64,000 nt of DNA from an uncultured Gammaproteobacteria bacterium (GTDB taxonomy: Bacteria; Patescibacteriota; Microgenomatia; Levybacterales; GWA1-39-11), in contig CAYVKP010000001.1 of NCBI GenBank assembly GCA_964452165.1, positions 332,110 to 396,109 of the forward strand, written 5' to 3'. Under the pieces are notes generated by a model, which was given only the letters and a program-made list of their open reading frames with translations, had not been told where the DNA came from and searched no databases. Shown here in pieces: positions 1 to 9,174 of the stretch. A program made the translations under genes and the position numbers. Position 1 is the first letter of the stretch. Each line of letters begins with the position of its first letter.

Positions 1-1
1 T

Positions 2-649
2 CTGCATTTTATTCCAACAATAAAACTTATTGGTGTAAGCGGAAGCCTCTCAATGGAGAACTGCGAAAGAAAAGATGATGTGGATTTATTTATTGTTACT
101 GACGGAAATGCTTTGTGGATAACTCGATTAATCGTAAGTTTGGTTCTTTCAGTCCTTGGAATAAAGAGGGACAGAAAAGATAATTTCGGTATAAACAAAA
201 TTTGCCCCAATATGTACTTGACCTTATCGTCACTATCAATTTCTCCAAATCTTTTCGCAGCGCACGAACTTTCTCAACTCAAAGTAATTTTCAATCGAGA
301 CTTTACCTACCAAGCACTTCTTGATAGTAATAGTTGGGTTAGCAAATTTATGCCAAACGTCTCGAAAACAAAAAATTATATTACTACCCAACCAAAGGAC
401 AATTTTCTAGTTTCATTTTTAGATCGTATATCGTACTATCTCCAACTAAAATATATGAAGGACAGAATTACAAAAGAGACAGTGACTCGGGACAAGGCAT
501 TGTTTCACCCCAGAGACAAAACTCATTTTGTGGAGGCTATTTTCGCCAGTAAATGCAAGGGTTATTTAGATTATCTTTCTCAACTAAAAGCTTCTTCTCA
601 AAGCACCTTTTCGGAGGCTCATCCGATACTCCAGGATATTGACATATAG
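2..649 (+). CDS. Nucleotidyltransferase-domain protein, 5'-truncated by the window edge
   Basis: The reading frame is open from position 2 into the listed ORF, with no upstream stop, so the N-terminus lies outside the window. The translation ...IGVSGSLSMENCERKDDVDLFIVTDG fits the pol-beta/minimal nucleotidyltransferase signature (hG[GS] x9-13 DhDh). The remainder is not recognisable. Confidence 0.4.
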   Translation: MHFIPTIKLIGVSGSLSMENCERKDDVDLFIVTDGNALWITRLIVSLVLSVLGIKRDRKDNFGINKICPNMYLTLSSLSISPNLFAAHELSQLKVIFNRDFTYQALLDSNSWVSKFMPNVSKTKNYITTQPKDNFLVSFLDRISYYLQLKYMKDRITKETVTRDKALFHPRDKTHFVEAIFASKCKGYLDYLSQLKASSQSTFSEAHPILQDIDI

Positions 650-667
650 GTATGTATCCTGTATATA
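639..667 (+). promoter_or_regulatory. sigma70-like promoter upstream of greA (TTGACA-N17-TATATA)
   Basis: TTGACA lies at 639-644, followed by a 17 nt spacer, then TATATA at 662-667. This sits about 55 nt upstream of the greA ATG at 722. Confidence 0.5.
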
Positions 668-721
668 TAACAGGTCTATTAATTCCCCACGAAAAATCTT
701 TGAGTGGGGTTTAATGTAAAA

Positions 722-1195
722 ATGGATAAGAAAAAAGTTTACGTTACAAAAGAAGGACTCGAGGAGTTGAAAAGAGAGCTTGCTGTTCTCAACGACGAGA
801 AGAGACCTCAGGTGCTCGAGCGTGTATCTGCCGCGCGTTCTATGGGAGATCTGGCTGAGAACTCAGAATACACGGCCGCAAGAGAAGAGTTGTCTCTGAT
901 GGACGGAAGAATAGAAGAACTTTCTGAGATAATTAAAAACGCAGAGCTTATTGACGAAAATCACAAGTCGGGACGAGGAGCAATTGTTCAGCTTGGAGCA
1001 TTAATTACTGTTTCGGTTGGCGGCAAAAAAGAGGAATTCAGTTTGGTAGGTGAATGGGAAGCAGATCCAAAAAACAAAAAAATCTCGCATGAATCACCAC
1101 TTGGGAAAGCTCTTATTGGTAAAGCAATTGGTGAAAAAGTTGAAGTTGAAGCGCCAGCCGGGAAAGTCGTCTACACAATTGTTTCCATTCATTAA
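722..1195 (+). CDS. greA: Transcription elongation factor GreA
   Basis: The translation MDKKKVYVTKEGLEELKRELAVL...GDLAENSEY...SPLGKALIGK covers the GreA N-terminal coiled-coil and the C-terminal FKBP-like domain. The ATG at 722 aligns with the start of GreA; the track ORF begins at an upstream GTG at 704. Confidence 0.9.
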   Translation: MDKKKVYVTKEGLEELKRELAVLNDEKRPQVLERVSAARSMGDLAENSEYTAAREELSLMDGRIEELSEIIKNAELIDENHKSGRGAIVQLGALITVSVGGKKEEFSLVGEWEADPKNKKISHESPLGKALIGKAIGEKVEVEAPAGKVVYTIVSIH

Positions 1196-1239
1196 GTCTT
1201 TCTCTTAGACTTAGAATTCCCGATAGGTCAAGAAGCTAT

Positions 1240-2994
1240 ATGAATAATAATACCGGAGAAAACATCATTAAGAAAGATTTGTCAAAGTTTCCGGTTTCCC
1301 CAAATATTCCTGATTATGATTCTTTCCGTTCTAAATTTTCCTGGAAAGATGCTGAGCGTGAATTAGATTTTTTTGAGGATGGGACAATTAACGCCGCTTA
1401 TAATGCAGTAGATCGCCATGCGAAGGGATCAAAAGCAAAAAAGAATGCAATTTTATTCGAAGGAGCCAATGGGGCAAAAGAAAGTTATACTTATGAAGAT
1501 CTATCAAAACTATCAAATAAGTTTGCAAACGTTTTAAAAACTCAAGAAGTTTCTCGTGGCGACCGTGTCTTTATTTTCCTTCCTACAATTCCCGAGCGCT
1601 ATGTTGTTTTCCTTGGAATTCTAAAAACCGGTGCAATTGTCGGGACGATGTTTGCGGCGTTTCAAGAGATGGCACTTCTTGATAGACTTTCTGATTCGCA
1701 AGCAAAAGTATTAATAACAAATGAAGCTCTCTATCCAAGAATTGAAAAAATATGGGGACAGTTACCGAACCTTAAAAAAGTCATTATCGTAGAACGCGGA
1801 AGTGTAACGCACCCCAAAGGTGAGAAGATAGTCTCTTATGAAAAAGAAATGGAAAAAGCCTCAGAAGAATTCGATATCGCACACATGGAAAAACAAGAGC
1901 CTTCATATATGTTATACACCTCCGGAACTACAGGAAAACCCAAGGGCGTAGTCCACGCTCATTACGACGTTCTCCAGGCTATGATGACTACGAAATATGT
2001 GCTAGATGTTCACGAGGATGATGTCTATTGGTGTACTGCCGACGCGGGTTGGGTGACCGGAGTAGTATACGCAATTCTTGGACCTTTGACACTTGGAGCT
2101 ACTTCGGTAATTTTTGAAGGAAGGTTTAGCCCGCAAACTTGGTATACGGTGCTTGCGGATTACAAAGTGACGGTTTGGTACACGGCTCCAACTGCTATTA
2201 GAATGTTGATGAGTGCTGAAGTTCAACCCAAGGATTTTGACTTGTCTGTCCGTGCACTTTTTAGCGTAGGTGAACCGTTAAATCCCGAGGCAATATGGTG
2301 GGGACTTGAAGCTTTTGGCCTTGCTTTCCATGACACGTGGTGGCAAACAGAACTTGGCGGAATGGCAATTGTCAATTACCCCAGTATGGACATAAAACCC
2401 GGCTCAATGGGTAAACCCTTTCCGGGAGTAGAAGCTGGCGTAGTTGATGAGAGTGGAAAAGAAGTTGCTCAGGGTGAAGTGGGAAGCTTGGTATTAAAAC
2501 CCGAAACTGTTCCTTCAATCATGAAACAAATATGGAACAACAAAGAAAAATACGATTCATATTTTGCTAATGGTTGGTATATTTCAGGGGATAAGGCGTA
2601 TATTGACGAAGAGGGTTATTTTTGGTTTGTAGGAAGAGCAGATGATCTTATCAATACATCGGGGGAGCGCGTAGGACCTTTTGAAGTAGAAAGTGCGTTG
2701 GTTGAATATCCCGACGTTGTCGAAGCGGGAGTTATCGGTAAACCGGATCCTGTCAGGGGCGAAATAATCAAGGCATTCGTGGTACTTAAGCCCGGAGTTG
2801 AGGGGACGGATGAGTTGAAGGATAAAATTGCTAAATTCGTCAAGGCAAACTTGGCGGGGCACGCATATCCAAGAGAAATGGAATTCATTGATAAGCTTCC
2901 AAAAACTCGCTCGGGTAAAATTATGCGCCGTCTTCTTAAAGCAAAAGAATTAAATCTTCCGGAAGGCGACACTTCAACACTAGAGGACTATTAA
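1240..2994 (+). CDS. AMP-forming acyl-CoA synthetase, acetyl-CoA synthetase (Acs)-like
   Basis: The protein carries NAAYNAVDRH near the N-terminus, the AMP-binding motif YTSGTTGKPKGV, and a C-terminal ...PKTRSGKIMRRLL, all typical of Acs-family enzymes. It is 584 aa. Confidence 0.8.
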   Translation: MNNNTGENIIKKDLSKFPVSPNIPDYDSFRSKFSWKDAERELDFFEDGTINAAYNAVDRHAKGSKAKKNAILFEGANGAKESYTYEDLSKLSNKFANVLKTQEVSRGDRVFIFLPTIPERYVVFLGILKTGAIVGTMFAAFQEMALLDRLSDSQAKVLITNEALYPRIEKIWGQLPNLKKVIIVERGSVTHPKGEKIVSYEKEMEKASEEFDIAHMEKQEPSYMLYTSGTTGKPKGVVHAHYDVLQAMMTTKYVLDVHEDDVYWCTADAGWVTGVVYAILGPLTLGATSVIFEGRFSPQTWYTVLADYKVTVWYTAPTAIRMLMSAEVQPKDFDLSVRALFSVGEPLNPEAIWWGLEAFGLAFHDTWWQTELGGMAIVNYPSMDIKPGSMGKPFPGVEAGVVDESGKEVAQGEVGSLVLKPETVPSIMKQIWNNKEKYDSYFANGWYISGDKAYIDEEGYFWFVGRADDLINTSGERVGPFEVESALVEYPDVVEAGVIGKPDPVRGEIIKAFVVLKPGVEGTDELKDKIAKFVKANLAGHAYPREMEFIDKLPKTRSGKIMRRLLKAKELNLPEGDTSTLEDY

Positions 2995-3650
2995 ATAGAT
3001 TTATCAAACAAAGACTGAAGAACCGCAAAGGCCCTGTTTGTATTTTTCTCCTCGAGAACAATAGTAAGCTCTAAATAGGCCGAGACAATTTCCACTATAT
3101 TTATTCCTTCCCAAGCAAGAGATTTTAGAAAAAAGTAATATATGCCGGGAGTATTTATTGAGCTTTTCGGTAAGCGGACAGTGATTGCTGAAAGGTTATC
3201 AAATTCGACAAGAATTTGTTCGTTAGCAATAAGTTTTTTAATTTCTTCCTTCAGACTCTTACTGGCAATGATTGTGGATTCAAAATGGCCTTCGGTTATA
3301 GTGAAAAAGTGTTTTTCGCTAGTGTTGGAGAGCTTTAATAGAGCAGGATATATATCCATGAGCTTTTCAGAATTGGCCACAGTTATTTCAACCAGATTTG
3401 AGCGCACAATCATGTCCGGAGGTGCTGAAAATACGTCAAAAGGTACATATTTTGGCTTTATAGTCGCTGAAAGCCGCTTTAGGGCCATTAAGACCGCCGC
3501 ATTGCTTATTTTTTTATTTAACATGGCCTCGAGCTCAGGCTTAATGTACCGGGCTAGCGAGGAGAGGTTTATGATGTTTTTGGACATGGCCTCAGAAAGA
3601 TACCTGGATCTTGAAACAACTCTCTCCGTAGCCTCAGGAACTGTTATCAT
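2991..3650 (-). CDS. ACT-domain-like ligand-binding protein (hypothetical)
   Basis: The C-terminal half, ...GIYYFFLKSLAWEGINIVEIVSAYLELTIVLEEKNTNRAFAVLQSLF, has a tandem beta-alpha-beta-beta-alpha-beta ACT-like pattern. It is convergent with the acyl-CoA synthetase gene, and the two stop codons overlap by 4 nt. Confidence 0.35.
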   Translation of the reverse strand: MITVPEATERVVSRSRYLSEAMSKNIINLSSLARYIKPELEAMLNKKISNAAVLMALKRLSATIKPKYVPFDVFSAPPDMIVRSNLVEITVANSEKLMDIYPALLKLSNTSEKHFFTITEGHFESTIIASKSLKEEIKKLIANEQILVEFDNLSAITVRLPKSSINTPGIYYFFLKSLAWEGINIVEIVSAYLELTIVLEEKNTNRAFAVLQSLFDKSI

Positions 3651-3737
3651 GCTTGTACTGAGTTCGAGAATATCATCTCGAGCGTAGTGTTAATATTTTA
3701 ACAAATAATACCAATCTTGTCAATAATATATAAAAAT

Positions 3738-3766
3738 TTGACACAAAATCCCATCTTTCGTATACT
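3738..3766 (+). promoter_or_regulatory. Near-consensus sigma70 promoter TTGACA-N17-TATACT for the gene at 3803
   Basis: TTGACA lies at 3738-3743, followed by a 17 nt spacer, then TATACT at 3761-3766. This sits within a divergent intergenic region. Confidence 0.55.
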
Positions 3767-3802
3767 TTACCACATTCGCTCATTTGTTTATATAATAAGA
3801 CT

Positions 3803-4891
3803 ATGAGCGCACAAGATATGTCAGCAATAGAAACGGGACAAAAATCTCCTCACGAATTCGTATCCAGTACGGGTAGACCCGGTGCTTCTTTAAGGTCTGA
3901 TAGAAGAGTTTACTTCAATGAACAAACGTATCCTACCGAAGCCGACAAATTTAGCTCAAATCTAGGCAGGCTTTTGACAATGCCTGATCGGCAGACAGGA
4001 GAAGCAGCGCGTACCAGAGCAGTTTACAAAGGAATAGTTTCAAACGATATTTTGACAGGGGTGCTTGCGGATCAAAATAGGAAAAATGATCTTGAGGTTT
4101 TGGTCCCCTTGGCAGATTTTGGAATGCCTGGTGCATCCCTTGCTTATTTTGGACATAATGCCGATGGCCGCTCTCCGATAGTTCCCAAAGAAACAATGAT
4201 TGAAGGCACAAGCGAACAAGTTAGACTCACCGATGAGGAGCCCCTCGCGAGAATAGAAGCAACGCTTTCTAAAGGCTACAAGTTTATAGACACGGTAAAA
4301 GAGGGGCAGGTTGATAGTTTGTATGAATTGTGGGGAAAGGCTTTTGGATGGGAGAAAGAACAAGTCGAAATTTTCAGAAAAAATCTCGCTCAGGACGCTC
4401 TGACTGCACCATCGGATAGGACGATTTGGTTTAGTGGAATAGAATATGAAGGTCAAATAGTAGGTGCCACAATGGGTCAGAAGCTGGATCTACCCGGAGA
4501 AAATGGAAATCTTACTTGTGTTGAAAGTACGGAATGGAGTATATCTAAGGATCATGGAAAAAGAGGAATTATGCCCGCCGCAATTTCTATGTTAAACGCC
4601 CAAGTGCTTACTTCATTAGGAGATAATCCAACACCATTTATATTTGCCGAATGTAACCTTGAGTCCTTCGCCAATGTTGTGGGACATAAAGCGGGGCTCG
4701 TAATTCCCGAGCGTGGTGAAAACGGATCGCAGGTCCCACAAATTCTGGTTCAAAACGTTTCTATAGGAGACAATGTGGAAGCAGCCCGTCCCTATAGAGA
4801 TTTTGCTTTTATGTACATGACACCAAAAGCGATAGAAACGTATTATAATGGAGATGCCAGAGGTAAAATGATGGCTTATCTTAGACAATGA
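3803..4891 (+). CDS. Hypothetical protein with a C-terminal GNAT-like acetyltransferase fold
   Basis: The C-terminal segment ...IVGATMGQKLDL...SKDHGKRGIMPAAISML resembles GNAT motif A (R/KxxGxG/A). The N-terminal ~160 aa are not recognisable. The gene overlaps the downstream HDAC-family gene by 4 nt (ATGA). Confidence 0.35.
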   Translation: MSAQDMSAIETGQKSPHEFVSSTGRPGASLRSDRRVYFNEQTYPTEADKFSSNLGRLLTMPDRQTGEAARTRAVYKGIVSNDILTGVLADQNRKNDLEVLVPLADFGMPGASLAYFGHNADGRSPIVPKETMIEGTSEQVRLTDEEPLARIEATLSKGYKFIDTVKEGQVDSLYELWGKAFGWEKEQVEIFRKNLAQDALTAPSDRTIWFSGIEYEGQIVGATMGQKLDLPGENGNLTCVESTEWSISKDHGKRGIMPAAISMLNAQVLTSLGDNPTPFIFAECNLESFANVVGHKAGLVIPERGENGSQVPQILVQNVSIGDNVEAARPYRDFAFMYMTPKAIETYYNGDARGKMMAYLRQ

Positions 4892-5844
4892 ACCTCCCCG
4901 TAATTTACTCTCCGGAGCATAAAAAGCATAATCCTGAATTTGAAATTTACGACGGGGTAAAGGAAAAATATGTGGAAAAACCCGAACGCATAGAATCAAT
5001 CGTTGAAGCTCTTCGGGCGGAAGGTTTACGAGAATTTATTCTACCCAAAAGTTTTACGCGTGATCACATTGAAAAAATGCATCACTTCGCATATATCCAT
5101 TATCTTGAGAGACGTTGTGAGAAAATACCTGCTGAGGGAATACTTTATCCATCTTTTTTTATTACCGATACTTATGCGCCGGTTGTTAAGCAAACTTTTC
5201 ATGTTGCGGTCCAGTCGGTAAACATAGCTTTAACTGGAGCTGAAAAAGTGCGAGACGGTGAGAAATTAGTTTATTCGTTATGTCGTCCCCCGGGACATCA
5301 CGCTGAAAGAAGTAGTATGGGTGGCTATTGTTATTTCAATAACGCTGCAATTGCTGCCGATTTTTTGTCAGAGAAAGGGAAGGTCGCGATTTTAGACATA
5401 GACTTCCACCATGGCAACGGTACACAGGCAGTATTTTATGAGAGAAGTGATGTTTTGTACGTTTCAGTTCACGCAGATCCAATGAGGCGTTATCCTTACA
5501 AAACGGGTTTTGCAGATGAAAGAGGGAAAGACGCGGGCGAGGGCTTCAACAAAAACTATCCTCTCCCAATAGGTACTAGCGACAAAGACTACCTGCCAGT
5601 CCTCAGAAGTGCAATTGGGGACGTTGAAAAATTTGCCCCGGATTTTCTTGTTGTATCCTTGGGTTTTGACGCATACGAAAAAGATCCTATCGGCGGATTT
5701 CTCTTGAGCATCCCGTTTTATGAGACGATAGGGCAAGAAATTAAAAAATTGAACTATCCAACTCTTCTTGTTCAAGAAGGTGGTTATAATGTTGAGGATC
5801 TCGGAAAAATGGCTGTTAATTTCTTAAAAGGAATTGCCTCGTAA
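4888..5844 (+). CDS. Histone deacetylase-family protein (AcuC / acetylpolyamine amidohydrolase-like)
   Basis: The protein contains the HDAC signatures RPPGHHA, DIDFHHGNGTQ and GFDAYEKDP. Confidence 0.85.
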   Translation: MNLPVIYSPEHKKHNPEFEIYDGVKEKYVEKPERIESIVEALRAEGLREFILPKSFTRDHIEKMHHFAYIHYLERRCEKIPAEGILYPSFFITDTYAPVVKQTFHVAVQSVNIALTGAEKVRDGEKLVYSLCRPPGHHAERSSMGGYCYFNNAAIAADFLSEKGKVAILDIDFHHGNGTQAVFYERSDVLYVSVHADPMRRYPYKTGFADERGKDAGEGFNKNYPLPIGTSDKDYLPVLRSAIGDVEKFAPDFLVVSLGFDAYEKDPIGGFLLSIPFYETIGQEIKKLNYPTLLVQEGGYNVEDLGKMAVNFLKGIAS

Positions 5845-5871
5845 GTCAGCCTCTCTAATTCAATCCCTTGA

Positions 5872-5880
5872 TGATATAAT
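5872..5880 (+). promoter_or_regulatory. Extended -10 (TGaTATAAT) 6 nt upstream of the lysK ATG, implying a leaderless transcript
   Basis: TG lies at 5872-5873 and TATAAT at 5875-5880. The lysK ATG is at 5887 with no Shine-Dalgarno sequence in between. Confidence 0.5.
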
Positions 5881-5886
5881 TGGTTT

Positions 5887-7371
5887 ATGTTTTGGGTAGA
5901 TAAATTATTAGAAAATATAAAGGGACCTCAAGTTATCGAGGACGCATGGACCCCCTCAGGGATTGTTCACATGGGCTCTTTAAAAGGTCCTGTCATTCAT
6001 GATGCAATTTTTAAAGCCCTCCGCCAAAAAGGAGTAGAGGCAAAGTATATTTTTGGTTTCGACGATCTCGACCCGATAGATGGTTTGCCGGAAAATCTAA
6101 AGGCCACCCATGAGCAATATATGGGTATACCAATTAGTAATGTTCCAGCGCCAGACGGTAACGGAACATTTGGCGATTATTACGGAAATAAATTTAAAGC
6201 TTTATTTGATAGTCTTGATATAAAACCTGAGATATACAAAACATCAGAAGTGTACAAATCGGGAAAATTTGATAAGGCCATAAAAATAGTTTTGGACAAC
6301 GTAGAAAAAGTGCGGCAGGTTTACGCCGATACATACAAAAAAGAGATCTCGAAAGAATGGTTTCCATTGCAGGTTGTTTGCCCAAATTGTGGGAAATTAG
6401 GGACCACGAAAGTTACGGAGTGGGACGGGCAGGAAGTAAAGTATGAGTGTTCTCCTACCTTGGTCAAATGGGCTCAAGGTTGTGGTTCTACCGGCAAAAT
6501 TTCTCCATTTGGGGGTAACGCAAAAATGCCCTGGAAAGTTGAATGGGCATCGTGTTGGTATACGTTCGGCGTGACAATTGAAGGAGCCGGAAAAGATCAC
6601 GCATCAGCTGGAGGATCGTATGATATTGCAATGCAGATAATTGATAAAGTATTTGGTAGACCTAAGCCGCTGAAATTTGGTTATGAATTTTTCTTAACCG
6701 GTGGAAAGAAAATGTCATCTTCAAAAGGTCTTGGTTTGACAGGGGAGGAGTTACTTGAAATTTTAACTCCTCAAGCCGCACGGTTTCTTATGATAAAAAC
6801 CAAACCCGAGCAAGCCGTAGAATTTGATCCACGAAGTCTTGATGTTATTCCAAGAATTTACTCTGACTATCAGGCGGCATCAAAGAGCGAGGATGACGAT
6901 CACAGAGCCTTTGAATTGTCTCAAATCGGCGAAACTGAAAAAGTGCCCCAACTGAGCTTTTTGTCGCTTATACAATTGGTTCAAATGCCTAACGTAGACA
7001 ACAAAATAAAAGAACAGGATCTTAGCTATTGGGCTCCATATGCTCGTCGCTGGGTGGAGAAATATGCGCCCGAAAAAATCAAGTTTAGCGTTCAGGAAAA
7101 CTTGCCGGCCCAAGCAAAAACACTTACTCAGAATCAAAAAGAATTCCTTGGTAAAAAGTTACTCCCGGAGATTGATAAATCCCAAGACGCAGATGAATAC
7201 CAACAAAATATCTACGAATGGGCTAAGGAATTTGATTTGTCTTCGGCGGAAGCATTTGAAGCAATATACAAATCTCTAATTGGTAAAGATCATGGTCCAA
7301 AAGCAGCATGGTTAATATTCGAACATAAAGACTTGGTAAAAAAAAGATTTAAAGAAATACTTACCTCATGA
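5887..7371 (+). CDS. lysK: Lysine--tRNA ligase, class I (archaeal-type LysRS)
   Basis: The protein has a degenerate HIGH motif (VHMGS), a KMSKS-like motif (KMSSSKG) and a Cys cluster CPNCGK...C, as found in class I LysRS. It is 494 aa. Confidence 0.85.
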   Translation: MFWVDKLLENIKGPQVIEDAWTPSGIVHMGSLKGPVIHDAIFKALRQKGVEAKYIFGFDDLDPIDGLPENLKATHEQYMGIPISNVPAPDGNGTFGDYYGNKFKALFDSLDIKPEIYKTSEVYKSGKFDKAIKIVLDNVEKVRQVYADTYKKEISKEWFPLQVVCPNCGKLGTTKVTEWDGQEVKYECSPTLVKWAQGCGSTGKISPFGGNAKMPWKVEWASCWYTFGVTIEGAGKDHASAGGSYDIAMQIIDKVFGRPKPLKFGYEFFLTGGKKMSSSKGLGLTGEELLEILTPQAARFLMIKTKPEQAVEFDPRSLDVIPRIYSDYQAASKSEDDDHRAFELSQIGETEKVPQLSFLSLIQLVQMPNVDNKIKEQDLSYWAPYARRWVEKYAPEKIKFSVQENLPAQAKTLTQNQKEFLGKKLLPEIDKSQDADEYQQNIYEWAKEFDLSSAEAFEAIYKSLIGKDHGPKAAWLIFEHKDLVKKRFKEILTS

Positions 7372-7919
7372 GTAAACTTCTATTTGCGACCAGTAGTAAA
7401 AATAAAGTCCGGGAGGCGAGTGATATTTTGGGGATTCCTCTTGAAATTGCAGAGCTAGAGCTGCCTGAAATTCAAAGTATGGATCTTGAGACGGTTGTTA
7501 GAAAGAAAGTTGAGGCAGCTTTTGAAATTCTAAAAAAACCGGTTATGGTGGACGATGTGGGATTTAAAATTGATGCATGGAATGGGTTTCCCGGACCATT
7601 TATAAAATACCTGCTTCATAGTTTGGGAAATAAAAAATTACTCCAGGTTTTAAAAGATGAAAAAAATAAAAAAATAGTTGCGCAGTGTGCGATAGGTTAC
7701 CATGACGGCCAGAAAGTGCACGTTATCATTGGTGAAATCAAGGGTAAGTTTACAAATGAGGAGAGAGGAAAAGACGGGTGGGGTTTTGATTTTTTTGTAA
7801 TACCCGAAGGACAAACCAAGACAATGGCAGAACTTGGATTTGAAGAAAAAAACAAGGTTTCACATAGACACGCAGCACTTGCAAAGTTCAAAGAATTTTT
7901 AGATAGTATTAAAAACTAA
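7368..7919 (+). CDS. rdgB: RdgB/HAM1 non-canonical purine NTP pyrophosphatase
   Basis: The translation is MSKLLFATSSKNKVREA...FPGPFIKY...SHRHAAL, a Ham1 fold. It overlaps lysK by 4 nt. Confidence 0.85.
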   Translation: MSKLLFATSSKNKVREASDILGIPLEIAELELPEIQSMDLETVVRKKVEAAFEILKKPVMVDDVGFKIDAWNGFPGPFIKYLLHSLGNKKLLQVLKDEKNKKIVAQCAIGYHDGQKVHVIIGEIKGKFTNEERGKDGWGFDFFVIPEGQTKTMAELGFEEKNKVSHRHAALAKFKEFLDSIKN

Positions 7920-7920
7920 A

Positions 7921-7929
7921 TGTTATAAT
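7921..7929 (+). promoter_or_regulatory. Extended -10 (TGtTATAAT) 6 nt upstream of the serS ATG, implying a leaderless transcript
   Basis: TGnTATAAT lies at 7921-7929 and the serS ATG at 7936. There is no Shine-Dalgarno sequence. Confidence 0.5.
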
Positions 7930-7935
7930 CGGTGT

Positions 7936-9174
7936 ATGTTAGATATAAAATTTATTAGAGAAAACCCCGACAAAGTTCGCGATGGCGCAAAAAGCAAAAA
8001 TATTGACGTCAACATTGAACAGATCCAAAGTCTCGACGGAGAGTATCGCGAGCTTTCCAGCAGTCTCCAGGAATTATATGCTCAAAGAAATCGTGCAGCC
8101 AAAGAAAGAGATATTGATGGTGGACGAGAAATAAAAGGTGAAGTTGATTCAAAGGAAGGAAGACTTAAAGAAATAAAGCAAAAACTGGACGGACTGCTTT
8201 ATTCAATCCCGAGTCTCCCTGCAGATGATGTGAAGACAGGAAAGTCTGAGGAGGAGAATGATGTTGTCAAAACAGTTGGAGAACCAGCTAAATTTAATTT
8301 CAAGCCTCGTGATCATGTGGAGCTTGGAGAGATGCTCGACATAATTGATATTAATCGCGCTGTTAAAGTCTCAGGGGCAAGATTTGTTTATCTCAAAAAC
8401 GAAGGGGTTGCGCTTGAATTTGCCCTAGCCCAATTCGCTTTCGATACACTTGCGAAAGAAGGCTTTATTCCAGTTGTTCCACCAGAGCTTATTAAGACTG
8501 AAACAATGAAGAAGTTGGGATATATGGAGCAGGGAGGCGCTGAGGATATGTTCCACATCGAAAAAGATGGATTAACACTTGTTGGGACTGCGGAGCATTC
8601 AATTGTTGCGATGCATATGGACGAGACATTCCTTGCTCGTAATTTGCCACTCCGATATGTTGGTTTTTCATCTGCTTTTCGTCGCGAAGCGGGTTCTTAT
8701 GGAAAAGACACAAGGGGAATTTTGAGAGTCCATCAGTTTGATAAAGTAGAAATGGTTTCGTATGCGACAGAAGAAAACGCTGACAGGGAGCATGACTTCC
8801 TTCTTTCAATCGAAGAAAAGTTTTTCCAAGAGCTAGGCATTCCTTATCAAGTTATTAAAATGTGCAGTGGAGATCTGGGATTTCCGGTCGCCAGAAAATA
8901 TGATATTGAGGCTTGGGTGCCGACACAGGAAAAATACCGCGAGGTAACTTCCGCATCGACAACAACTGATTTTCAATCAAGGCGTCTCAACATTAAGTAT
9001 CAAGAAGGTTCGGAAAAAAAGTTCGCTCACGTCCTAAATGGAACGGCTTTTGCAATCGGGAGAACTCTTATTGCAATTTTAGAAAATTATCAACAAGAAG
9101 ATGGGACAGTTATTATTCCGGAAGTTTTGAAAAAATATACAAAAATTGACAGAATTTCCCCCAAAAATAGGTAA
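7936..9174 (+). CDS. serS: Serine--tRNA ligase
   Basis: The protein has the N-terminal coiled-coil MLDIKFIRENPDKV... and a class II core with the motifs FRREAGSYGKDTRGILRVHQFDKVE and ...GTAFAIGRTLIAILENYQ. Confidence 0.9.
   Translation: MLDIKFIRENPDKVRDGAKSKNIDVNIEQIQSLDGEYRELSSSLQELYAQRNRAAKERDIDGGREIKGEVDSKEGRLKEIKQKLDGLLYSIPSLPADDVKTGKSEEENDVVKTVGEPAKFNFKPRDHVELGEMLDIIDINRAVKVSGARFVYLKNEGVALEFALAQFAFDTLAKEGFIPVVPPELIKTETMKKLGYMEQGGAEDMFHIEKDGLTLVGTAEHSIVAMHMDETFLARNLPLRYVGFSSAFRREAGSYGKDTRGILRVHQFDKVEMVSYATEENADREHDFLLSIEEKFFQELGIPYQVIKMCSGDLGFPVARKYDIEAWVPTQEKYREVTSASTTTDFQSRRLNIKYQEGSEKKFAHVLNGTAFAIGRTLIAILENYQQEDGTVIIPEVLKKYTKIDRISPKNR

Noticed and set aside
2002-3687. Antisense or alternative-frame ORFs inside the acyl-CoA synthetase and ACT-protein genes (2002-2226-, 2584-2862-, 2616-2972-, 3142-3687+)
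   Set aside because: They lie wholly within confidently identified genes on the opposite strand or in another frame. They have low-complexity composition and no motifs, so they are shadow ORFs.
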